This document shows, piece after piece, positions 47,629-56,550 of a DNA stretch of 64,000 nucleotides. Made by a program: the position numbers and the translations under genes. Location of the stretch: contig CBDBDQ010000005.1 in assembly GCA_965203905.1 (NCBI GenBank), positions 5,728,001 through 5,792,000 of the forward strand, read 5' to 3'. The notes under the pieces were generated by a model. It made no database searches and had not been told where the DNA came from. It worked only from the letters and a program-made list of their open reading frames with translations. Source of the DNA: Spirochaetia bacterium. GTDB lineage: Bacteria; Spirochaetota; Spirochaetia; SZUA-6; Bin103. The number at the start of each line of letters is the position of its first letter. Position 1 is the first letter of the stretch.

Positions 47629-48606
47629 TCAGACCGGTCTGCGGCCGCTCAGCGCACCCCACAGCCACGGACAATCGGTGGGCGGCGGTGCCTGCATGCC
47701 CTTCCTGGCGACACCGAGCCTGAACTCACGGTAGGCCCGGCGCTGCTCCGGCGGCAAGTGCGGCCGGTCATGACCCCAGAAGCTGGGCCCATCCTCCATC
47801 ACCTGGATCCGCCACGTGTCCGGCTCGATGATGCGGCCGCCCCAACCGGTCTCGACGAAGAAGCCGGACGGCGTATGGGTGTAGAACGAGGTCATCCAGT
47901 CATTGGTATGGCGCCCGAGCGTGTAGGCGACGGTGCCCTCGGTCTGCTGCGCGAGGTCGTAGCCCTGACCCACGTCGTCGAGGTTGGTGTACTCCACCAT
48001 GAAGTGGTGAAAGCCGGTCTCCCCGGTGCCCAGCATCGCGAAACTGTGGTGGCGGCCGTTGACGTGGAAGAAGTAGAGCGGAATGGGCTGCAGGCCGTAG
48101 TCGCTGACGCGGAAGCCGAGCAGGTCGCGATAGAACGGCAGCAGGGAGTCGATGTCCGCGGTGTTCAGGACCGCATGGCCCATGCCGAGGGGACCGGTCT
48201 TGAAGCCGGAGATGGGGCGGCCCGGAACGAAGGGATCTTCGGTCAGCATCGGGCCGTGGAAGAACTCGAGGCGATTGCCGGCCGGATCCCGGGCGAGCGC
48301 CAGGTCGGTGACGAAGCGCCTGCCGGCCAGGTCGCGGCCGCCGGGGCTGACCTCTACGCCGGCATCCGACAGACGCGCGCAGAGCCGGTCCAGCGCCGCG
48401 GCGTCCGCCACTTCCCAGCCCATGCAGGCCAGGGCGGCGCCGGGCTCCGCGGTCACCAACAGCCGCTGCCTGCGGTCATCCATGCGGAACGCCACCTGGC
48501 CGGCGCCGCGATCGACCGTCTGCATCCCCAACTGGCCGCGGGCATAGTCCGTCCAGTCGGCCAGCCGGTCGCTGCGGATGCCCAGGTAACCCAGTGCCGT
48601 GATCAT
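47629..48606 (-). CDS. Type I extradiol ring-cleavage dioxygenase (BphC-like, VOC fold)
   Basis: ITALGYLG, FRMDDR, DPAGNRLE, GMGHAV, NGRHHS, HHFMVE, LGRHTND, SFYTHTPSGFFVE, WGH. Confidence 0.9.
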   Translation of the reverse strand: MITALGYLGIRSDRLADWTDYARGQLGMQTVDRGAGQVAFRMDDRRQRLLVTAEPGAALACMGWEVADAAALDRLCARLSDAGVEVSPGGRDLAGRRFVTDLALARDPAGNRLEFFHGPMLTEDPFVPGRPISGFKTGPLGMGHAVLNTADIDSLLPFYRDLLGFRVSDYGLQPIPLYFFHVNGRHHSFAMLGTGETGFHHFMVEYTNLDDVGQGYDLAQQTEGTVAYTLGRHTNDWMTSFYTHTPSGFFVETGWGGRIIEPDTWRIQVMEDGPSFWGHDRPHLPPEQRRAYREFRLGVARKGMQAPPPTDCPWLWGALSGRRPV

Positions 48607-48734
48607 GACCTTGAGCCTGCCCGTTGCGGGGGCACGTGTCCACCTGTCGGCGCCCCGGAGTTGCCGGCGCGGCAGTATGCTATGCTCGGCCGCGGTGCGG
48701 ACTTCCCGTACCCAACCCGATCACGGAGCAGCTC

Positions 48735-49541
48735 ATGATTTCCCTCGCCGTCAATTCCGTCCTGTTCGATGCGTTCGACTTCGCCACCGCCGCGCGCCAC
48801 ATCGCCGCCGCCGGCTACGACGGCATCGAGATCGCCGCGCTACCGGGGATGTGCGAGCACCTGGAGGTGGATCGCTGGCGCGAGCAGGCGGCGGACGTGC
48901 GCACGATCCTGGAAGAGACCGGGCTCAAGCCGGTGTCGATGGAGACCTCCGACCGCGGTGACGACCGCTATCTGCGCGCCTTCGAGGCGAGCGCGGAGCT
49001 GGGCATCCCCGTGGTGGCCGTGGGATCCGGCGGCACCAGCGGCGATCCCGACAGCCTGCGCGAGCGCATCGCGCGCCTGGCCGAGCTGGCCGAGGCGGCG
49101 GCACAGTTCGGCGTCACCGTGGTGTGCAAGGCGCACGTCGGCAGCGCGGTGTTCGACACCCCCACCACGCTGGCGGCGATGGAGGCGATCCCGTCGCCCG
49201 GGTTCGGCATCAACATGGATCCCAGCCACATCCACCGCGCGGGCGAGGTGCCCAGCGAGGCGCTGCGGCAGGTGGTGTCGCGGGTGCGGCACAGCCATAT
49301 CCGCGACTGCAAGGGGCGCCAGCAGGGGCCGGGCACGCCGCCGCTGCAGGCCTGCGGCCGCGGCGACATCGACCTGTTCGGCTACTGCAAGGTGCTGGTG
49401 GACGCCGGCTATGAGGGCGCCGCCAGCCTGGAGGTGATCGGCGCCGCCAATGCGGGGCTGAGCCTGGCGCAGGTGGCGATCGTTGCCGCCGAGAGCTACG
49501 GCTACCTGAACGCCTGCCTGAAGCAGCTTGGAGCGCGCTGA
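48735..49541 (+). CDS. Sugar phosphate isomerase/epimerase (xylose isomerase-like TIM barrel)
   Basis: GYDGIEI, NMDPSH, HSHIRD, GRGDID, GYEGAASLE. Confidence 0.85.
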   Translation: MISLAVNSVLFDAFDFATAARHIAAAGYDGIEIAALPGMCEHLEVDRWREQAADVRTILEETGLKPVSMETSDRGDDRYLRAFEASAELGIPVVAVGSGGTSGDPDSLRERIARLAELAEAAAQFGVTVVCKAHVGSAVFDTPTTLAAMEAIPSPGFGINMDPSHIHRAGEVPSEALRQVVSRVRHSHIRDCKGRQQGPGTPPLQACGRGDIDLFGYCKVLVDAGYEGAASLEVIGAANAGLSLAQVAIVAAESYGYLNACLKQLGAR

Positions 49542-49546
49542 CGGCG

Positions 49547-50542
49547 ATGGCTGCCACCGTGGAACTGGGCCCGGGCATCAAGCTGTCGATGCTCATTCCA
49601 CCGCAACCGAGCGCCGCCGACCTGCGTTTCGTGGCCGAGCTGGGGCTGACCCACGTCTTTACCTGGGTGCCGGCGGAGCTGAGCGGCACGGCCGAGCTGC
49701 GCGCGCTGCGGCGGCGGGTGGAGGACGCCGGCCTGACGCTGTTCAACGTCGGCCACGGCTCGCTGGCCAAGTGCGACCGGATCCACCTGGCGCTGCCGGG
49801 ACGCGACGCCGCCATCGACGGCTTCGCGACGTTCCTGCGCCACCTGGGAGCGGCCGGAATCCATACCACCACCTTCACCTTCGAGCCGGACGGGGTGTGG
49901 AGCACGACGTCGGCAACGGCGCGCGGCGGGGCGCCGGCGCGGGCGGTGGACGGCGCCGAGCTTTCGGCACAGCCCTTCAGCCACGGCCGGGCCTACGACG
50001 AGGCGGCGATCTGGGACAACTTCGCCTACTTCATGGAGCGCATCATTCCGATCGCGGAGGAGGCCGGGGTGCGGCTGGCGCTGCATCCCAACGACCCGCC
50101 GGTGCCGGAGATCGCCGGCATCCCCTGCCTGATCCGCTCGTGGGCGAGCTACGACCGCGCCTTCGCCATCGCCGATTCCGATTACCTGGGGATGGAGTTC
50201 TGCACCGGCTGCTGGTTGGAGGGCGGCTCGTCGTTCGGCGACATCGAGGCGGCGATCGGCGACTTCATCGCCCGTGACAAGATCTTCATCGTGCACTTCC
50301 GCAACGTCAGCTCGCCGTTGCCGCGCTTCCACGAAACCTTCCTCGACGAGGGCTACCAGGACATGAACGCGCTGATGCGGCTGTTCCAGGAGGGCGGCTA
50401 CCGCGGCACCATGATTCTGGACCACACCCCTCCCATGGCCCACGACGAGGCGGCCCCTGGCGCCCTCACCATCGCCAGGCCGGTGGCGACCGCGTACGCG
50501 CTGGGCTACATGAAGGCGCTGCTGGCCGCGGCCGGCGGCTGA
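49547..50542 (+). CDS. Mannonate dehydratase (UxuA) family protein
   Basis: IWDNFAYFMERIIPIAEEAGVRLALHPNDPP, FCTG, VHFRNV, ETFLDEG, DHTP, YALGYMKAL. Confidence 0.85.
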   Translation: MAATVELGPGIKLSMLIPPQPSAADLRFVAELGLTHVFTWVPAELSGTAELRALRRRVEDAGLTLFNVGHGSLAKCDRIHLALPGRDAAIDGFATFLRHLGAAGIHTTTFTFEPDGVWSTTSATARGGAPARAVDGAELSAQPFSHGRAYDEAAIWDNFAYFMERIIPIAEEAGVRLALHPNDPPVPEIAGIPCLIRSWASYDRAFAIADSDYLGMEFCTGCWLEGGSSFGDIEAAIGDFIARDKIFIVHFRNVSSPLPRFHETFLDEGYQDMNALMRLFQEGGYRGTMILDHTPPMAHDEAAPGALTIARPVATAYALGYMKALLAAAGG

Positions 50543-50547
50543 CCGCG

Positions 50548-51606
50548 ATGAAGCTGTTGGTGTTGCCCGGTGACGGGGTCGGTCCGGAGATCGTCGCCGC
50601 GGCGCTGGCGGTGCTGGACGCGGTAGCAGCCCGGCAACCGCTGAAGCTGGAGCGCGAGACGGCGGAGATCGGACTCGCCGCGCTGCAGAGCTGCGGCACT
50701 ACCCTGCCGGAGGGAGTGTTGGAACGGGCGCGCGCCGCCGACGGGGTGGTGCTGGGGCCGATAGATCACCTGCGCTACCCGGAGCGCGACCGTGGCGGCG
50801 TGAACGTGTCGGCGGCACTGCGCACCGGCCTCGACCTGTATGCCAACATCCGTCCGGCCCGCACCCGGCGCGGGCTCGGCGGCCCGGTCGGCGCGTTCGA
50901 CCTGGTGATCGTGCGCGAGAACACGGAGGGCTTCTACCCCGACCGCAACATGTACGCCGGCAGCGGCGAGTTCATGCCGGATCCGGACACCGCGCTGTCG
51001 GTACGCAAGATCAGCGCGGGCGCCTGTCGCCGCATCGCGCGGCGCTCGTTCGCCCTGGCCCGGCGGCGGCGGCGCAAGGTGACGGCGATCCACAAGGCCA
51101 ACAACTTCATCCTCAGCGACGGCCTGTTCCTGCGCCAGGTGCGCGCGGTGGCGGCCGACTTCCCGGAGGTGGCGCTCGACGAGGTGCTGGTGGATGCCGC
51201 GGCGGCGCTGCTGGTGCGGGAGCCGGTGCGCTTCGACGTGCTGTGCACCACCAACTTCCACGGCGACATCCTCTCCGACCTGGCCTCGGAACTGTCCGGC
51301 AGCCTCGGCCTGGCGGGGTCGCTGAACGCCGGCGACCGCCACGCCTGCGCCCAGGCGCAGCACGGCTCCGCCCCGGACATCGCCGGGCAGGACCGGGTCA
51401 ACCCGAGCGCCATGCTGCTGTCGGTCGCCATGCTCCTGGAGTGGCTGGCCGAGCGCCACGGGCGCGCCGAGCTGGGGGCGGCCGCGGAACGCATCTCCGG
51501 TGCGGTCGACCGCACGCTGGCCGAGCCCGCGACCCGCACCGCCGACCTGGGCGGCTCCCTCGGCACCCGCGCCTTCACCGCCGCCGTGATCGCGGCCCTC
51601 GACTGA
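50548..51606 (+). CDS. Isocitrate/isopropylmalate/tartrate dehydrogenase family protein
   Basis: LPGDGVGPE, LDLYANIRP, VRENTEGFY, IHKAN, GDILSDLA, HGSAPDIAG, TADLGG. Confidence 0.92.
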   Translation: MKLLVLPGDGVGPEIVAAALAVLDAVAARQPLKLERETAEIGLAALQSCGTTLPEGVLERARAADGVVLGPIDHLRYPERDRGGVNVSAALRTGLDLYANIRPARTRRGLGGPVGAFDLVIVRENTEGFYPDRNMYAGSGEFMPDPDTALSVRKISAGACRRIARRSFALARRRRRKVTAIHKANNFILSDGLFLRQVRAVAADFPEVALDEVLVDAAAALLVREPVRFDVLCTTNFHGDILSDLASELSGSLGLAGSLNAGDRHACAQAQHGSAPDIAGQDRVNPSAMLLSVAMLLEWLAERHGRAELGAAAERISGAVDRTLAEPATRTADLGGSLGTRAFTAAVIAALD

Positions 51607-51701
51607 AGCGATCCGCCGCGTGACGCAATCGAGCCGTGCTTGCGGCAGCCCGCGGGGGCGTCGTGGTCGGAGCTTGAGGGGCCGGCGCGAACGGCGATAG
51701 A

Positions 51702-53561
51702 GTGTCGGCGCACGGTCCGGCAGTGGACGAGACTCCCGCGTACCCCCACATTCCCTACGGTCAGGGCGACTTCCGGCGCATCCGCCTGAACCGGTGGTTG
51801 TACGTCGACAAGACCCGCTTTCTTCGGCGGCTGGAACAGGAGCACTACGTCTTCCTGATCCGCCCGCGGCGGTTCGGCAAGACGCTCTGGGTGTCGCTGC
51901 TGGAAAACTACTACGACCGCTGGTGGGGCCACGAGTTCGAAGCCACCTTCGCGGGCACCGACATCGGGGCCGATCCGACGCCGGAGCGCCATCGCTACGT
52001 GGTCCTGCGCTTCAACTTCTCGATGGTCAACTACAAGCTCGAAACGCTGGAGCGGGAGTTCGACACCTATTGCACCGCGGAAATCGGGGACACGCTCGAT
52101 CGGTATCCCGATCTGTTCCCCGCCGCAGTCGTGCGGCGCATCCTCGCCCCGATCTCGGCTACCGGCAAGCTCACCGAGCTGTTTCTGCATACCAAGCGCC
52201 ACGACATCCCGCTGTACGTGCTGATCGACGAGTACGACAACTTTGCCAACACGGTGCTCGCGCACCACGGCGTCGAGGCGTACGAGTCGTTCACCCACGG
52301 CGGCGGCTTCTTTCGCAACTTCTTCGCCACCCTCAAGGGCGGCACCGACCGCAGCGGCGGCGGCATCGATCGCCTGTTCATCACCGGCGTGTCGCCGGTG
52401 ACCATGGACGACGTTACCTCCGGCTTCAACATCGGCACCAACATCAGTCTGGATCCCGACTTCAACGAGATGGTGGGCTTCACCGAGGCGGAGGTGCGGC
52501 GCCTGGTCGAGACCTACCGGGACCACGGCGTGTTCGACCAGGACGTGGACGCCGCCATGGCGCTGATGGGCGAGTGGTACAACGGCTACCGGTTCGCCCG
52601 CACGGCCGAAGCGGATCTGTACAACACCGACATGGTGCTCTACTACCTGAAGCACTCGATCCCGAACCGGCCCGTCCCGGACGACCTGATCGACACCAAC
52701 GTGCGCATCGACTACGACAAGCTGCGCCACCTGCTGGTGGTGGGCCGGCAGTTGAACGGCAACTTCGACCTGCTGCGCGAGGTCATCGGTGAGGAGCAGG
52801 CTGACGCCCGCATCCAGCCGAGCTTTCCGCTGGGGCGGCTCGCCGAGCGGGAGAACTTCCTGTCGCTGCTGCACTACTTCGGACTGCTGAGCATCAGTGA
52901 CGGGCAGGGCATGCTGCCGCGGCTGGCGATTCCGAACCAGACCGTGAAGCGGCTGATGTACGGCTACCTGCGCGACGGCTACCAGGACGTGGGCGTGTTT
53001 GCGGTCGACCTGTACCGGTTCGAGCAACTGATGCTGCGCATGGCCACCGACGGCGAGTGGCGGCCGGTGCTGGAGTTCCTGAGCGAGGCGATCGCGCGGC
53101 AGACGGGGATCCGCGAATACATCGGCGGGGAGAAGGTGATGGCGCCCCGTGCCGGGGCGCTGGGGTTCCTGGCGGCCTACCTGGGCGTGGCCGACTACTA
53201 CGTGTTCCGCTCGGAGGCGGAGCTGGGCCAGGCCACATCGTGGCCCGGGCACGCGGACATCGCGCTGGAACCACTGGTCGCCCGCTATCCGCAGTTGCGT
53301 CGCGGGTACCTGATCGAGCTCAAGTACCTGAAGCGCTCCGATCGCTCTCAGCGCAGCGAGCCGGCGCACGAGACGGGGGTGGCGGCGGCGGTCGGCGAAG
53401 CGATGGCGCAGTTGCGGCGCTACCTGGCGGACGAGCGGCTGGCGCGGCAGTTTCCGGGAGTGCGGTTCACGGGCCTGGCGGTGGTGTTCCACGGCTGGGA
53501 GATGGTGTTCTGCGACGCGGTGGAGCCGGTCGCCGGCGACGCCGGCCATGACAAGGGGTGA
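51702..53561 (+). CDS. AAA-ATPase-like + PD-(D/E)XK nuclease protein (copy 2; three short in-frame insertions in the nuclease domain)
   Basis: Colinear paralog of 21110..22876 (RPRRFGKT, LIDEYDNFANT, GHADI...IELKY). Confidence 0.9.
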   Translation: MSAHGPAVDETPAYPHIPYGQGDFRRIRLNRWLYVDKTRFLRRLEQEHYVFLIRPRRFGKTLWVSLLENYYDRWWGHEFEATFAGTDIGADPTPERHRYVVLRFNFSMVNYKLETLEREFDTYCTAEIGDTLDRYPDLFPAAVVRRILAPISATGKLTELFLHTKRHDIPLYVLIDEYDNFANTVLAHHGVEAYESFTHGGGFFRNFFATLKGGTDRSGGGIDRLFITGVSPVTMDDVTSGFNIGTNISLDPDFNEMVGFTEAEVRRLVETYRDHGVFDQDVDAAMALMGEWYNGYRFARTAEADLYNTDMVLYYLKHSIPNRPVPDDLIDTNVRIDYDKLRHLLVVGRQLNGNFDLLREVIGEEQADARIQPSFPLGRLAERENFLSLLHYFGLLSISDGQGMLPRLAIPNQTVKRLMYGYLRDGYQDVGVFAVDLYRFEQLMLRMATDGEWRPVLEFLSEAIARQTGIREYIGGEKVMAPRAGALGFLAAYLGVADYYVFRSEAELGQATSWPGHADIALEPLVARYPQLRRGYLIELKYLKRSDRSQRSEPAHETGVAAAVGEAMAQLRRYLADERLARQFPGVRFTGLAVVFHGWEMVFCDAVEPVAGDAGHDKG

Positions 53562-53709
53562 TCAGCATGGCCGCAGGATTCTATCCCCTCGGCACGTTCG
53601 GCAGCCGTACATTCGTGGCGCTACGCGCGGCGCCGAGACATCGTTCCCACGTGCCCCGGCGCTGAGGTAACCCTCGAACGGCTGCGCGTACACCGACGAG
53701 GACCACACA

Positions 53710-55020
53710 TTGACCAATCTGCGCGGCGCGCTGCACCGATTCCATCCCGACGTATACCGTTACCTGATCGCCTCCAGCCTGGTGGGATTCAGCTACTTCG
53801 GATTCGTGACCGTGCTGCTCAACCTCTACCTGCTGCGGCTGGGCTACGGCACTGACTTCATCGGCCTGGTGAACGGGAGCACCGCCCTCGCCTTCGCGCT
53901 GTCGTCGCTTCCCGCCGGCGCGCTCGGCAGCCGCATCGGGATGCGGCGCGGGGTGATGGCGGGCATGGGCTTCCTGGCGGCCGGCGTGATGCTGGTGCCG
54001 CTGGTCGGGCTGTTCCCGGCGGGATCGACGCGGGACTACAGCATCATCGCCATGCGCCTGCTGTCGGGGATCGGATTCTCCCTCTACATGGTCAACTCCT
54101 ACCCCTACCTGGTGGCCGCGACCGAGGCTCGCGACCGCCCCTACGCGTTCGCGATGCTGGCGGCGATCCCGCCGGTGGCCGGGTTTGCCGGCAGCATCGT
54201 GTCCGGCGCGCTGCCCGCGTGGCTTGCCGCCGGCCTGGGGTTGGAGGTCGCGGATCCGCTGCCGTTCGCCCTGATCCTGGTGGTGGCCGGCGCGATTCTG
54301 CTGCCTAACCCGTTGATCGTGGCCCGTACCCGCGACCTGGAGTCCCCCAGGCGGCGCCGCAACGGCAGCGCACGCCGGCGTACGCGCGACGAACGAAGCG
54401 CCGATGGCGCGATCTATCTGCTGATCTTCTTCCTCAGCATCACCGCCATGCTGCGCATGTCCGGGGAAGGCGCGGCGCGGTCGTTCTTCAACGTCTACCT
54501 GGAGCTGGACCTGGGCGCCTCCACCTCGCGCATCGGCCTGTTGCTGGCGTTCGGGCAGCTCGCGGCCGGTCCGGCGGCGTTGTGCGCCCCGGCGCTGTCG
54601 GCACGCGTGGGGCGGGTGCCGATGATCGTCGTCACCACCGCGATGACCGCCTTCAGCCTGGTGATCATGGCCGCGGTGCCGCATTGGGCGGCGGCGGGCA
54701 TCGGCTACACCCTGGTAGTCGGCCTGCGCTCCCTCACCCAGTCGGTGTCCAGCGTCGTGAACCTGGAGATCGTGCCGGCGAGCTGGCGCGGGATGACGTC
54801 GGGCGTAGTGTCGATGTCGATGGGGCTGGGGTTCACCTCGATGTCGCTCGGCGGCGGCTACCTGATTCCGGTGCTGGGATTCCCGGGCCTCTACCTGCTG
54901 GCGGCGTTGATCACCGCGGTGAGCGCGCTCGTCTTCTGGCTCTACTTCCGGGTGCCGCGGGGCGAGTACCGGCTGCCTTCCGAAGATCCGGCCGCTGCCG
55001 TTTCGAGCCGGCGGCCATAG
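53710..55020 (+). CDS. MFS transporter (tandem copy A)
   Basis: About 12 hydrophobic segments; LLNLYLLRLGYG, PAGALGSRIG, FFNVYL. Confidence 0.88.
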   Translation: MTNLRGALHRFHPDVYRYLIASSLVGFSYFGFVTVLLNLYLLRLGYGTDFIGLVNGSTALAFALSSLPAGALGSRIGMRRGVMAGMGFLAAGVMLVPLVGLFPAGSTRDYSIIAMRLLSGIGFSLYMVNSYPYLVAATEARDRPYAFAMLAAIPPVAGFAGSIVSGALPAWLAAGLGLEVADPLPFALILVVAGAILLPNPLIVARTRDLESPRRRRNGSARRRTRDERSADGAIYLLIFFLSITAMLRMSGEGAARSFFNVYLELDLGASTSRIGLLLAFGQLAAGPAALCAPALSARVGRVPMIVVTTAMTAFSLVIMAAVPHWAAAGIGYTLVVGLRSLTQSVSSVVNLEIVPASWRGMTSGVVSMSMGLGFTSMSLGGGYLIPVLGFPGLYLLAALITAVSALVFWLYFRVPRGEYRLPSEDPAAAVSSRRP

Positions 55021-55047
55021 GCCAGCGGGCGCTGACGCGAGGCTAGC

Positions 55048-56325
55048 ATGACCAACCTGCGCCACGCGCTCCGTGCCTTCCACGCCGACGTCTACAAGTA
55101 CCTGTTCGCCGTCAGCATCGTCGGGTTCAGCTACTTCGGCTTCGTATCGGTGCTGCTCAACCTGTACCTGCTGCGCCTCGGCTACGGCACCGACTTCATC
55201 GGCCTGGTGAACGGCAGCATCGCCTTTGCCTTCGCGGCCTCGTCGCTGCCGGCGGGGGCACTCGGCAGCCGCCTGGGGATGCGCCGGACGGCGGCGATCG
55301 GCATGGCCCTGCTGACGGTGGGAATGACCTTCGTTCCGGTGGCCGGCTCCATCCTGTCGGGTACGCCGCGTGACGTGGGCATCATCGCGATGCGCGTTCT
55401 CTCCGGCATGGGATTTGCCTGCTACATGGTGAACTCCTATCCCTACCTGGTGGCGGCCACCGAGCCCCGCGAGCGGACCTACGCGTTCGCCATCATGTCG
55501 GGCCTGCCGCCACTGACCGGCTTCGCCGGCAGCCTGGTCTCCGGCGTGCTGCCGGGCTGGATCGCGCCCCTGCTGGGGCTGGACCTGAGTCACCCGGAGC
55601 CGTTCGCGGTGGCCCTGGTCTTCGCGGGGATGATCCTGCTGCCGACCGTCTTCGCGGTGGGGCGCGCCAGCGACCGGGAGCCGGCGCGGCGCAGTCCGCC
55701 GCGGTCGGAGCGGCTGCGCTCTCCCGGCGACGCACGCCGCACGGAAGGTGCGCTCTACCTCCTGATCTTCCTACTCGCGGTCACCGCCCTGCTGCGCTCC
55801 GCCGGCGAAGGGGCGGCGCGTTCCTTCTTCAACGTCTACCTGGAGCTGGATCTTGCGGCGTCGCCGGCCCGCATCGGGCTGCTGCTCGCGGTCGGGCAGG
55901 TGGCCGCGGGCCCGGCGGCCCTGGTGGCCCCGGCGCTGGCCGCGCGTGCCGGCAAGGTGCCGGTGATCGTGGTCACGGGGCTGGTCACCGCGGCCGGCAT
56001 GGTGATCCTGGCAGCCGTCCCCCACTGGGCCGCTGCCGGGCTCGGCTTCACGCTGGTGATCGGCCTGCGGGCGGTGACCCAGTCGGTGTCCTCGGTCTTG
56101 CACATGGAGATCGTGCCGGCCGGCCGGCGTACGGTCACCTCGGGAGTGGTGGCGATGGCGCTCGGTCTGGGCTTCATGTCGATCTCGTTCGGCGGCGGCT
56201 ACCTGATCCCGGCCATCGGCTTCCCCGGCCTCCACCTGCTGGCCGCCGCCATCACCGTCGTCAGCGCAACGATCTTCTGGCTCTACTTCCGCGTACCCCG
56301 GGGCGAGTACCGCAACCCCGCTTGA
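55048..56325 (+). CDS. MFS transporter (tandem copy B)
   Basis: Colinear paralog of 53710..55020 from MTNLR to FWLYFRVPRGEYR. Confidence 0.88.
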   Translation: MTNLRHALRAFHADVYKYLFAVSIVGFSYFGFVSVLLNLYLLRLGYGTDFIGLVNGSIAFAFAASSLPAGALGSRLGMRRTAAIGMALLTVGMTFVPVAGSILSGTPRDVGIIAMRVLSGMGFACYMVNSYPYLVAATEPRERTYAFAIMSGLPPLTGFAGSLVSGVLPGWIAPLLGLDLSHPEPFAVALVFAGMILLPTVFAVGRASDREPARRSPPRSERLRSPGDARRTEGALYLLIFLLAVTALLRSAGEGAARSFFNVYLELDLAASPARIGLLLAVGQVAAGPAALVAPALAARAGKVPVIVVTGLVTAAGMVILAAVPHWAAAGLGFTLVIGLRAVTQSVSSVLHMEIVPAGRRTVTSGVVAMALGLGFMSISFGGGYLIPAIGFPGLHLLAAAITVVSATIFWLYFRVPRGEYRNPA

Positions 56326-56355
56326 CCGCCGGCGGCGATCCGCCAAAGCTGTCGC

Positions 56356-56550
56356 ATGAGGCAAGTCGTGGTCTATCCCGGCGAGGATGGATACTGGGTA
56401 GCCGAGTGTCCAAGTCTGCCCGGCTGCATCAGTCAAGGACGGACGAAACAGGATGCGATCGTCAACATCAAGGAAGCAATCGAAGGATATGTCGCCGCCC
56501 TCAAAGACGACGATCTGCCCGTTCCCGAGAAGTCCGCCGCTCCCATGTAG
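56356..56550 (+). CDS. HicB-like antitoxin (no adjacent hicA)
   Basis: GYWVAECPSLPGCISQGRTKQDAIVNIKEAIEGY...LPVP. Confidence 0.85.
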   Translation: MRQVVVYPGEDGYWVAECPSLPGCISQGRTKQDAIVNIKEAIEGYVAALKDDDLPVPEKSAAPM

